A stretch of 64,000 nucleotides of DNA, from contig CAVOXA010000015.1 of the NCBI GenBank assembly GCA_963700285.1, positions 1-64,000 of the forward strand, written 5' to 3'. The notes below the pieces were generated by a model. It was not told where the DNA came from. It ran no database searches and was given only the letters and a program-made list of their open reading frames with translations. Shown one piece after another: positions 51,148 to 60,790 of the stretch. The stretch's first letter is position 1, and every line of letters starts with the position of its first letter. Source of the stretch: an uncultured Chloroflexia bacterium (GTDB lineage Bacteria > Chloroflexota > Anaerolineae > JAAYZQ01). The translations under genes were made by a program, and so were the position numbers.

Positions 51148-52794
51148 CTATGCCTCGTACACCCACCGCCCACCGACCATCGTACGCTCGATCGGAATGT
51201 GCACCAGAGATCCAGGGTCCGCGGTCCTTGGATCTGCCCCGAGCACGACCAGGTCCGCCAGCTTTCCAGGTTCCAGGGAGCCCTTCAGCCCTTCTTCGAA
51301 GGAGGCGTAGGCACCATGCAGGGTGCTGACCCGGATCACTTCCTCGACCGTGATCCGCTGGCTCGCGCCCCAGACCTGACCGGTGGTGTCGGTACGCGTC
51401 ACAGCCGATTGTAGCGCCATCATCGGCTCGAAGGGGCCTGGCGGATAGTCCGAGCCCGGAGCAATCATGACCCCCGCGTCCAGCAGGCTGCGCAGGGCGA
51501 ACATGGACTCCAGGCGCTCGGCGCCGTACTCGGACATCTTTTCGCCGTGATAGTAGATGTACGCCCCAAAGGGGGTAGGCACGGCATTCAAGGCCTTGAT
51601 CCGGCGGATAAGCGCGTCGTTGAGCACCGTACAGTGTTCCAGGCGGAAGCGAGGGTCGGTGCGCGGGTATTCGCGCTGCAACCGCTCGTAGATGCGCAGC
51701 ACCATGTCGATGGCCACGTCGCCGTTGGCGTGGACGCCGATCTGCCAGCCGGCCCGGTGAGCCTGGACCGCGTAGCCGTATAGCTCCTCCTCGCCCATGA
51801 CCAGGATGCCATAGTCGTCCGGCCTCCCGGCGTAGGGCTCCGACAGGAGGGCGGTGCGCTCCGAAATCGACCCGTCGCACACGAGCTTCAGCCCGCCCAG
51901 GCGCACCCACGGATCGCCGAAACCGGTACGCAGGCCGGCCTCGAGCATCTTGTGCCAGCGCGAATAGTGGATCATGCAATACACGCGCAGGGACAGCTCG
52001 CCAGCCAGGTGGGCGTCCTGGTAGGCACGCAGATCCTCCGGACTTGCCCACATGTCGTGGGCCGAAGTGATGCCGGCCCGGCTCATCATGCCTGTGATCA
52101 GCTTGGCGGCCGCCTGACCGACGGATCTGGAATAGCTGGTGGGGATGGCTGCCATGAAGGGGTCCATGGCCGTCTCGCACACTCGGCCTGTCAGACGGCC
52201 GCTTCCAGGCTCGCGCTCCAGCCTGCCCCCCGCCGGATCATCGGTTGACTCGACAATGCCAACCCGTTCCAGGGCAAGAGAGTTGACATAGGCCGTATGG
52301 CCACCCCGGTGCAGGACGAGCACGGGATGTCGCGGCGCGGCCGCATCCAGATCGTCGCGCGTGAGAAAGCGGCGCTCGGCCGTCTTGCCATCGTCGTATT
52401 TGAAGCCCTGCACCCACTCGCCTTGTGGGGTGTGTTCCGCCCGGCTGCGCAAGGCCCTCTGTATCTCGGCTACAGAGGGGAGGGCGCAGTCCACACAGCG
52501 CAGGTGCATCAGGCCGGCATAATTCAGGTGGCAGTGCGCGTCGACAAAGCCAGGGACGACCGTCCGGCCACCCAGATCGAGCTGCCGCGTGCCGACAGCG
52601 GCCAGGGCCCGGACGCTGGCGTCGTCGCCAACGGCCCAGATCCGGTCGTCCAGCACGGCCAGGGCCCGGGCGCGCGGCTGCGCGGGGTTGACGGTCAGAA
52701 TGTCCGCGTTGTACAGGATCAGTTGTGGCCCCCGCAGCGACAGCGATGGGCCTGCCGGGCCCACAAGCCTCTGGCGTGGCTCAGCCTGTGCCAT
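51148..52794 (-). CDS. amidohydrolase 3 family (YtcJ-like)
   Basis: PGFVDAHCH, LK...DGS, HANGD.AI, RLEHC, GSDYP, KGSLEPGKLADLVVL. Confidence 0.92.
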   Translation of the reverse strand: MAQAEPRQRLVGPAGPSLSLRGPQLILYNADILTVNPAQPRARALAVLDDRIWAVGDDASVRALAAVGTRQLDLGGRTVVPGFVDAHCHLNYAGLMHLRCVDCALPSVAEIQRALRSRAEHTPQGEWVQGFKYDDGKTAERRFLTRDDLDAAAPRHPVLVLHRGGHTAYVNSLALERVGIVESTDDPAGGRLEREPGSGRLTGRVCETAMDPFMAAIPTSYSRSVGQAAAKLITGMMSRAGITSAHDMWASPEDLRAYQDAHLAGELSLRVYCMIHYSRWHKMLEAGLRTGFGDPWVRLGGLKLVCDGSISERTALLSEPYAGRPDDYGILVMGEEELYGYAVQAHRAGWQIGVHANGDVAIDMVLRIYERLQREYPRTDPRFRLEHCTVLNDALIRRIKALNAVPTPFGAYIYYHGEKMSEYGAERLESMFALRSLLDAGVMIAPGSDYPPGPFEPMMALQSAVTRTDTTGQVWGASQRITVEEVIRVSTLHGAYASFEEGLKGSLEPGKLADLVVLGADPRTADPGSLVHIPIERTMVGGRWVYEA

Positions 52795-52842
52795 ACTCAC
52801 CTCCTGCAGCAAAAGGTCGGGACCTTGGGCCCGTCAGGATCG

Positions 52843-54220
52843 CTACTCCGGAACAGGCAGGATCAGGCCCCTGTCCATCAAAAAGTGGGTCATGTCCTGA
52901 GCCTGCCGGATCATCTGCTCTGCCCTGCCCAGCAACTCGCCCCGGGAGAGCTTCAGGCGCGCAACGCCTTGCTCCTGCGCCTTCACGTCCGACGGCCGCC
53001 GCCTGCCGGGCAAAGACTGCCCGGTCCTCAATGGTCGGGATGATATGCTCCGCATCGAGTCCCTTTTCCTGCTGGTAGCAGGCCAGCTCCTCGGCGGCCG
53101 CGATGGCCATCTCGTCGGTGATGGTCCGCGCCCGCACGTCCAGCACGCCCCGGAAGACGCCGGGAAAGACCAGCGAGTTGTTGATCTGGTTGGCAAAGTC
53201 GCCCCGGCTCGTGCCCACCACGCGCGCCCCGGCCTCCTTTGCCTCCCAGGGCCAGATCTCGGGGATAGGATTGGCCAGCGCAAAGACGACGGCATCCTCG
53301 GCCATGGCCGCGACCCATTCCGGCCTGAGGGCGCCGGGACCCGGCCTGCTGGCGGCAATGCACACGTCGGCGCCGCGTATGGTCTCGGCCATGCCGCCCC
53401 TCCGGCCCTCCGCGTTGCTCTGCAGGCAGATCTGCCACTTGCCCGCGAATTCTTCCTGACGTTGTTCGATGTCCTGGCGTTCCGGGTGCAGGATGCCCTG
53501 GCTGTCGCAGACCACAATGTCGCCGTAGCGTACCCCGCTAGCGAGCAACAGGGGGATGAGGGGCACGTTGACCGCCCCGGCGCCGATCAGCGCGACCCGG
53601 ATCTCGTCAAAGCGCTTGCCAACCACGCGCAGGGCGTTGATCAGCCCGGCCAGGATGACCGTCGCCGTTCCCTGCTGGTCATCGTGCCACACCGGGATGC
53701 GAAAGTCGGGATCGGCGCGCAGCGCGTCCAGGACCCGGAAGCACTTGGGCTGGGAGATGTCCTCCAGGTTGACCCCGCCAAAGGAGGGCTGGAGCCATTT
53801 GGTGGCCTGCACGATCTGGTCCGGGTCCTTGGTGTCCAGGCAGATGGGAACCGCGTCCACCCCGCCCAGGTACTTGAACAGCAGCGCCTTGCCCTCCATC
53901 AGCGGCAGCCCGGCTCCCCCGAGGATCTCCGGCTCGGTGAACCCCACCTGGAGGCCCTGCACCCGGGTGCTGTCGGAGACTACGGCCACCGTGTTGCCCT
54001 TGTTGGTATACTCGTAGGCCAGGTCCTCGTTTTCCTGGATGGCCCGGCAGGGCGCGGCCACGCCAGGCGTGTACCACACCGCAAAGTCGTCCACGACGTC
54101 GTGAATGGGGCACTTGGGCGCCATCTGCACCTTGCCCCGGTACAGCGGATGGAGGCGCATGGCGTCTTCACCCGGTTTCCTGGCCTTGGCCAGCAGTTGT
54201 TCCTCGGACATCACAGCCAT
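52843..54220 (-). CDS. NAD(P)-dependent malic-enzyme family protein, variant (frameshift near 52988)
   Basis: WYTPGVA, MEGKALLFK, NLEDI, HDDQQGT, GAGA, FALANP.PEI, NQINNSLVFPG. Confidence 0.9.
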
Positions 54221-54366
54221 CCGGCTACGGCTCCTCTCCACGATTCCACAGGTACCCTGGGTTTCCAGGTCGCGCCGCAGGTCCGCCCGCGCCCAGCTAC
54301 AACCTTGCGATGGTAGCCGGCGGGTTGGCCTGGTTCTCTTCTGGGGCGATGAGGGCGCCCGCGTGC

Positions 54367-55668
54367 TCAGCCCGACGGCAGACTTTGGTCCGCGATCTCC
54401 AACACCTCGTCGATGATGCTCAGGCCATCACGCAGCTCGGTCTCGCTGATGCATAGCGGCGGCGCGACAAAGATCAGGTTGGCCGGGAAGAAGGTGGACA
54501 GCCCCCGCTCGCGGCACAGCTTGGCCAGGGGAGCCGTGGGCATTGGTTCCTTGGTCTCCCGATCCACCACCAGCTCGATGGCCGCGAACAGTCCGATATA
54601 CCGCACGTCCCCCACCGAGGGGTGCCGGGCCTTGAGCTCCTCGAGTTGCTCACCCAAGACCACCCCCAGCCGGGCCGCGTTCTCGATCAGCCCGTCGTCG
54701 TGGTAGACCTGCAAAGTGGCAACCCCCGCCGCGCAGCTCAAGGGGTGCGCGCTGTAGGTCAGGCCGCAGTAGAGCATCCTGTCCTCAAAGTACTGGGCCA
54801 TGGGCTCTGAGACGATGACGGCGGCCAGCGGCACATACCCCGCTGTCAGACCCTTGGCCGTGGTGATCATATCGGGCACCACGTCCCAGTGGTCCACCGC
54901 GAACCAGGTGCCCGTCCGGCCAAAGCCGCTCATCACCTCATCGGCGACGAGGAGGATGCCATACTTGTCGCACAGCGCGCGCATGCGCGGCCAGTAGTCA
55001 TCTGGCGGAACCAGGATCCCGTTCGTGCCGGTCACCCCTTCCAAAAAGATGGCCGCCACGTTGTCCGGACCCTCAAACTTGATGACATCTTCGATGTGGG
55101 TGACGCACTCCCGGTGGCACGTGTCCGGCGTCCACCCAAACGGACAGCGATAGCAATAGGGGTCAAAGACGTGGATCACGCCGGGGATGGTGGGTTCGGC
55201 CGCCCAGCGCCGGTGGTCGCCGGTCAGGGCGATGGCGCCATGGGTCGCGCCATGGTAGGACCGGTAGCGGGCCAGGATCTTGCGCCGGCCGCTGTACATC
55301 CGGGCCAGCTTGATGGCGTTCTCGTTGGCCTCCGCGCCGCCCAAACAGAAGAACGACTTTTGCAGGTTTCCCGGCGCGACCTCGGCCAGCATCTGCCCGA
55401 GCCGCGCCCTGGGTTCGGTCACGGCGCTGGGCTGGGCAAAACAGAGTACGTCCGCCTGGTCCTTGATGGCCTGCACCACCTTGGGGTGCTGGTGCCCGAT
55501 GTTCAGGTTTATCAGTTGGGACGAAAAGTCGATGTAGCGCTTGCCATTGGAATCCCAATAATAGACCCCTTCACCCCGGACCATAGGGATGGGATCGACC
55601 GTGGATTGAACGGACCAGGAGAACAGCGTATAGTCCCGGCTCAACCCGATAATCTCAGCAGCGTCCAT
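54367..55668 (-). CDS. class III (omega-amino acid) aminotransferase
   Basis: YIDFSSQL, GGAEANE, SYHGAT, ADEVMSGFGRTG, TTAKGLT (PLP Lys), GLTYSAHP. Confidence 0.92.
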   Translation of the reverse strand: MDAAEIIGLSRDYTLFSWSVQSTVDPIPMVRGEGVYYWDSNGKRYIDFSSQLINLNIGHQHPKVVQAIKDQADVLCFAQPSAVTEPRARLGQMLAEVAPGNLQKSFFCLGGAEANENAIKLARMYSGRRKILARYRSYHGATHGAIALTGDHRRWAAEPTIPGVIHVFDPYCYRCPFGWTPDTCHRECVTHIEDVIKFEGPDNVAAIFLEGVTGTNGILVPPDDYWPRMRALCDKYGILLVADEVMSGFGRTGTWFAVDHWDVVPDMITTAKGLTAGYVPLAAVIVSEPMAQYFEDRMLYCGLTYSAHPLSCAAGVATLQVYHDDGLIENAARLGVVLGEQLEELKARHPSVGDVRYIGLFAAIELVVDRETKEPMPTAPLAKLCRERGLSTFFPANLIFVAPPLCISETELRDGLSIIDEVLEIADQSLPSG

Positions 55669-55788
55669 GGTTTCGGCTCCTTTTGGAGAAAAGATATGCC
55701 TGGACGGGAACCCGCCAGCTCCCATCCAGGTTCCAGCCTACATCAGATCTCACTGCCCGGCCAGGATCCGGGCCCGCCAGGCCAGCCC

Positions 55789-57154
55789 TCAGGCAAACTT
55801 GAGGCCGTAGCCAGCCAGCTCTCCTTTGACCCTACCGTAGAGGTCGACGTATTCCTGGCAGGGCTCGATGGAACCCCAGTCGTGGCTCTCTTGGAAGGGC
55901 GTGCCCTTGGGTGGATCGAGCAGCCGGTCCTCGTACTTGGGCAGCAGCTTTCCGACAATCTCGTTGGCCTCCACCCGGCTCAGGCCAGCGGCAGCATGGG
56001 CCACCTCAGAGGCGAAACGAGGCTCCACCGGGCTGAGGTGATCGACGTTTCTGGCGGCGCCCACCCCGCCAAACTCGATGTTGCCCCCGGACACGACGCC
56101 GGTGATCATGCCGGTGGCGATCTCGTAAAAGTTCATCTCCGTCATCGGGCCCGCCGCACAGTAAGTATACCACAAATGCGGCATGTGATTGTTGCGGCTG
56201 ATAGCCTGTGTGGCCAGGCTCTGCGTCCACAAAAGCTGCTGGTTGCTGTTCCAGCCGCGCAGGTGCAAGGGGAAAGTGAGGTGGACGGATGCTCTCAGAA
56301 CCAGGATGGAGTAGAGCAGGTAGGCCGTGCTGACCACGGCCACCCCCTCCGGCCCTCCGGCAAAGCCGCCCAGAATCGGCCCGCATTCCCCAATGAGCTG
56401 GCCGCCACGGGCAAGAATGTAGGCGACCTCGTTCAGCCGCTGGAACGACACCTTGAACTCGGCCGCAAAACCGACGACCCAGCAGTCGGAATCCCGCAAC
56501 CCAAACTCGCTGCCCGTGATCTTGCCCGCATCGGTGACCGCCGTCGAGATGGAGTTCATGATCGGCAGGCCGGGCCGCTGGGCGCGGCGAAGCGCAGCGC
56601 GTCCAAGCTCGACGGCCCGGATGCAAGCCAGCAGTTCCAGGGGCGACCCTGCGCGCGTGGACATGCCATTGATGGTCGCCAGGTTCGGGCACGTGACCGA
56701 GTTCGGCCAGCGGATTGCGGCCGTAGCCCTCTACCAGGCGCACGTACACATCTTCGGTGCTGCACGTCGCCCCGCCTGCTCCCAAAAAGCACCAGGGTTC
56801 GACGCTGCTCTCTGGTTTCCGGCCCAGCATCGCCTTGCGGTCCCGCCCCTCCCCGAACACCGGCGCCCTGGGCGCGTCCCGCAGTCCCTCCAGCAGTTCC
56901 TCTTTGGTGAAGCGTATGACCCGGCTCGTGTCCGTGCAGTAGCAACCCGTTTCCGCGCACAGCTCCAGCGCCGCCTGGAACAGGTCGTCGGCGAGCTGGT
57001 CGTCGTTTGGCACGGAAGTCCCGGGGTCGAAGCGGATGCCATACTTTTTGACCACCTGCCGCAGCTTGGGGACCACGACCTTCATGTCAAAGTCCCGCTC
57101 CGAGTAATAGGGACCGTTCAACGCCCGCCTGATCACCTCAAAGAAGTCTATCAT
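55789..57154 (-). CDS. mtmB: monomethylamine:corrinoid methyltransferase (MtmB) family, non-pyrrolysine, paralog 2 (one extra base near 56705)
   Basis: Colinear with the upstream paralog. LADDLFQAALEL...G.YC.DT.R.I.F, GSPLE, RPGLPIM, GG.AGGPEG, PPKG..F.E. One extra G restores the frame. Confidence 0.85.
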
Positions 57155-57164
57155 CTCTCCTCCT

Positions 57165-58532
57165 CTACTTGAACCTCAGGCCATAGCCGGCGAGTTCGTC
57201 CTTGATCTGTCCATAAAGGTCCAGGTATTCCTGGCGCGGCTCGATGGAGTCCCAGTCATAGCATTCGGGAAACTTCCTGCCTTTGGGCGGGCTGGGCAGC
57301 CTGTCCCGGTATTTGGGCACCAGCTTCTTGACCATTTCATTCGCCTCGGCGCGGCTCAGGCCTGCTGTGGCGTGGGCGACCTCCGAGGCGAACCTGGGCT
57401 CCAGGGGGGTGAAGGTATCGAGGCTGATCGCCTTGGCCACGCCGCCAAACTCGATGTGGCCACCAGAGGCCACCCGCCCTATCTGGGTGGCAGCGATCTC
57501 GTAGAAGCACATGTCGGTCATCGGTCCCGCGGCCAGGTAAGTGAGGTTCAGCATCGGCAGGTGGCTGTTGCGGCAGATGGCCTGCGTGCTGACATTGATG
57601 GGCCACATGATCTCCCAACTGGTGTTGCAGCCATATCGAAAGTCCATGGGAAAGGTCAGGTGCGCGGAAGCCCGGAGCACCAGGATCACCAGCAGGTGAT
57701 AGGCCACGTTGCTCACCGCCACACCCTCGGGACCGCCCGCATAGCCGCCCATGATCTCACCGGTCTCACCAACGATCTGCCCTCCCCGGGCAGTGACGTA
57801 GGCGACCTCGTTCAGCCGCTCGAAGGGTACCTGGAGCGGGGAGGTGAAACCGATGACCCAGCCATCGCTGTCCCGCAGGCCAAACGCGCTCCCCGTGATC
57901 TTGCCGGCCGCGGTGACCGCCGTGGCGATGGAGTTCATAATCGGCAAGCCGGGCCGCTGTGCCCGCCGCAACGCGGCTCGGCCCAGCTCGACGGAGCGGA
58001 TGCAGGCCAGCATCTCCAGGGGTGAGCCGGCCACCACCTCCATGCCGTTGATCATGGTCAGCGTGGGACAGGTCACCGAATTGATCAGCGGGTTGCGCCC
58101 ATAGCCTTCAACCAGGCGGACGTACACCTCCTCGCTGGATGAGATGCCACCGCCCGCCCCCAGAAAGCAGTAGGGGGGATCGGCGCTCTCCGGCCTTCGG
58201 GCCGGCATGGCTTTCCTGTCACGTCCCTCTCCGAACACCGGGCTGGCAGGTGCGTCCCTCAAAGCCTCGCGGAGCTCTTCTTTTGTGAAGCGAATGATGC
58301 GGGAAGTGTCCTTACAGTAGCAGCCGACTTCCGCGCACAGCTCCAGGCCGGCCTCCCACACGGCATCCGCCAGGTCATCGTCGCCGGGCACCGGCGTTTC
58401 GGGATCGTAGCGGATGTTGTACTTTTTGATCAGCTCCCTCAGTTTGGGCACCAGGATCTTGATGGCAAAGTCCTGCTCAGTGGAGTAGGGACCGTCCAGC
58501 GCGCGCCTGATGATCTCAAAAAAGTCGATCAT
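57165..58532 (-). CDS. mtmB: monomethylamine:corrinoid methyltransferase (MtmB) family, non-pyrrolysine, paralog 1
   Basis: 455 aa. DLADAVWEAGLEL..EVG.YC.DTSRII.FT.EE, AGSPLE, RPG, GGYAGGPEG, AGPMTDMCFYE, LE.RF, PPKG.KF.ECYD. No in-frame TAG. Confidence 0.88.
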   Translation of the reverse strand: MIDFFEIIRRALDGPYSTEQDFAIKILVPKLRELIKKYNIRYDPETPVPGDDDLADAVWEAGLELCAEVGCYCKDTSRIIRFTKEELREALRDAPASPVFGEGRDRKAMPARRPESADPPYCFLGAGGGISSSEEVYVRLVEGYGRNPLINSVTCPTLTMINGMEVVAGSPLEMLACIRSVELGRAALRRAQRPGLPIMNSIATAVTAAGKITGSAFGLRDSDGWVIGFTSPLQVPFERLNEVAYVTARGGQIVGETGEIMGGYAGGPEGVAVSNVAYHLLVILVLRASAHLTFPMDFRYGCNTSWEIMWPINVSTQAICRNSHLPMLNLTYLAAGPMTDMCFYEIAATQIGRVASGGHIEFGGVAKAISLDTFTPLEPRFASEVAHATAGLSRAEANEMVKKLVPKYRDRLPSPPKGRKFPECYDWDSIEPRQEYLDLYGQIKDELAGYGLRFK

Positions 58533-58547
58533 TTGCTCTCTCCTTTG

Positions 58548-59201
58548 CTAGCGGTCCACGAGTTTGAGGGCCAATGTCACCGCCCCGCTGGCTGTCTCAG
58601 CGTAGCCGTCGGCGCCGATCTTGTCGGCCCATTCCTGGGTTACTGGCGCGCCGCCCACCATGACGGCATACGTTTCTCGCTCGCCCACGTCTCGAAGCAG
58701 GTTGATGACATCCCGCTGTCCAGGCATCGTCGAGGTCATCAGGGCGGATATGGCAATGATGTCAACCTTGCGCTTTCTCGCCTCCTCCAGGAACGTGGTC
58801 GCGGCCACATCCTCGCCCAAGTCGTACACCCTGAAGCCGGCCAGCTTGAACAGCATGGTCAAGATATTCTTCCCGATGGTGTGAATATCGCCCTTGGCCG
58901 TTCCGATGAGGACGGTTCCGGGCACGCCAGCGTCCTGCCCCGCGGCGGCCATCGCCGGCTCCAGCACCTCCATGACCCCGTTGCCGGCCTCGGCAGCCAT
59001 GATCATCTCTGGCAAAAAGACCTCGAGGCGTTCGAATTGCTCGCCGACAATGCGCAGACCATCGCGCAATCCCGTCTCCACGGCCTCCATGGGCGAGATT
59101 CCGGCATCCAGACAGCGCTGAGCCGCCTGCCTGGCGCCCTCCTCGTCGCCCTCAATGACGGCCCGTTGGAGCGCTAGCAGTAGATCACTTTTGTTGGTCA
59201 T
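58548..59201 (-). CDS. cognate corrinoid protein (MtmC/MtbC/MttC-like)
   Basis: N-terminal cap, FLPEMIMAA, GDIHTIGKN (DxHxxG), SALMTST, VMVGGAPVT..WA.KIGADGY. Confidence 0.93.
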   Translation of the reverse strand: MTNKSDLLLALQRAVIEGDEEGARQAAQRCLDAGISPMEAVETGLRDGLRIVGEQFERLEVFLPEMIMAAEAGNGVMEVLEPAMAAAGQDAGVPGTVLIGTAKGDIHTIGKNILTMLFKLAGFRVYDLGEDVAATTFLEEARKRKVDIIAISALMTSTMPGQRDVINLLRDVGERETYAVMVGGAPVTQEWADKIGADGYAETASGAVTLALKLVDR

Positions 59202-59674
59202 TGTGAGATTCTCCTTTCATTGAGTTCCATCTTTATGAATGTCTTCCTGGTACAGCACCCTGGCGTACACCAGGCACGTCTCACAGGCTGGTCATGCTGC
59301 CATTCGCCCGGCGGCATGGACTGCAAGCCCCCGCGCGGCATCAAAAAGCCCAAGGAGGAAACCAAAAGAGGATGTCGAACCGGCGTCTCGCACAGATGGA
59401 CAACTGGCAGGCCCAAGCCCAGAACCCGATAGGCCAAGCCCTTCGGCCACGACCAGCCTATCACGGCAGCCAGATCCAGGGCCGGCAGTCCGTCCGCGTT
59501 TGCGCCCCGACCTGGATTCTAGCACAGCTCCAGGGTCTTGTCAACGAAGCCAAGGCCGCGCTTGCCTGCGACCCGCCGTTCGAACCGCGTGACGATCGTC
59601 TGGTACACCAGCCACCGGCCACCCAGGTAGGCCCCCAAGAGTGCCAGGCCCATCGCGGTCGAGTGGGAGAAGCC

Positions 59675-59731
59675 GATAAAGGCCCGCCGGCCGGGAACCT
59701 GGAACCATAGTTCTTTGCGGTAGCTCTTCAT
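59675..59731 (-). pseudogene. yjbQ: yjbQ 5'-end stub (19 codons)
   Basis: [19 protein letters not shown] with RBS GAGG. 18/19 aa and 47/57 nt identical to the intact gene's start. Confidence 0.9.
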
Positions 59732-59985
59732 ATGAAAACCTCGCGATTTCGGATTTGTGAAAGACATAGTTGTTTGGCCATCAACCTTGTCCAGCCACAC
59801 CCTTGAGCCCTATTATATCCACAAAACCAAGCTGGGGCAAGTAGTGGTTTTCGGGCTGGGCCGTGTGCACAATCGTATCCTCGCGTTCAGTCTCTCGTTG
59901 TTTCATTGGGAGCTGTCGTAGTGCAGTATACTCGTGTACTATCATCTGGCGTATCGATTTCGGTGGGAAAGCCGCCAACCTGACC

Positions 59986-60017
59986 TGTCATTCCCGCATG
60001 TTCTTGGCGGGAATCCA
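59986..60017. repeat. short REP/RPE-like palindrome half-site
   Basis: TGTCATTCCCGC ATGTTCTTG GCGGGAATCCA, with stem ATTCCCGC/GCGGGAAT. Confidence 0.55.
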
Positions 60018-60501
60018 TGCCACCAGCAACGGTCACCGCCGCAGAGTGAATGTCCACCAAGACCATGCGGGCATGATAGGGCTGCCCGTTGGTGCCCGCC
60101 AGGACCACGCGGGCAGTCATCCGTTGACCCTAGCTCGCGGTAACGACGCCGGGTGAGCTTCCACCGACTTGTACACACCGTCCAAAAGCCTCGCGGCTCT
60201 AGCCAGCCGGAGGCACGACCGAGGCGACAATGGCGCGCGTAGCACCTCCATCTGACCATGGTAGCCCATCTGCCGCTCGACGCTGAGGATACTCCATGCT
60301 GCTCGTGCCCCCCGTACCACCAAAAGCCATCGTGCGCGGTCCCTGCTTTGTGACCTCTGCGCCTCCGCGGTGCAGTCTGCCCCTGGAGCAGGTACTGGGC
60401 ACTTGTGGGCAATCATCAACGGATCGAGAATTGCAGGAACAGGCGATATAGGGTAAAATGTAGCATCAATCCTGTACACTTTTTGGACTACTGGAGGTGC
60501 T

Positions 60502-60780
60502 ATGTCTTTGATTGGGGTCCGCGACCTGAGACAACAGGCCAGTGAGGTGCTCCGCCGGGTGCGCGAAGAGAGCGCCGAGTACGTGATCACCTATCAGGGC
60601 CGGCCGGTCGCCATCCTCCTGCCCCTGGACGCCGAGCAAGCCGAGAAGGAGATGGTTCAGGCCGGCAAAAAGGCCGTTCTCGACAATTGGGATCGTTACG
60701 AACTACTGGCCCAGGAACTTCGCCAGGATTGGCCGGCGGAGCTCTCGACCCAGGACCTGATCGACGCCGTCCGGCGCTAG
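60502..60780 (+). CDS. Phd/YefM family antitoxin
   Basis: IGVRDLRQQASEVLRRV...YVITYQGRPVAILLP. RBS GGAGG. Confidence 0.9.
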   Translation: MSLIGVRDLRQQASEVLRRVREESAEYVITYQGRPVAILLPLDAEQAEKEMVQAGKKAVLDNWDRYELLAQELRQDWPAELSTQDLIDAVRR

Positions 60781-60790
60781 GGCCACAGCC

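Noticed and set aside
54889-56910. 673-aa plus-strand ORF and similar long antisense ORFs (13106-14341, 53045-54316, 18891-19883, 8183-9211)
   Set aside because: They are shadows opposite well-supported genes, expected from high GC3. They have no motifs or RBS.
55789-57154. Possible amber (pyrrolysine) read-through explaining the split mtmB2
   Set aside because: The break is a one-base insertion near 56705, not an in-frame TAG. The Pyl position is ATG and no pyl genes are present.
59202-59470. Cobalamin riboswitch or tRNA-like GGTTCGA upstream of the corrinoid gene
   Set aside because: No B12-box or cloverleaf could be built by eye. An Infernal scan would be needed.
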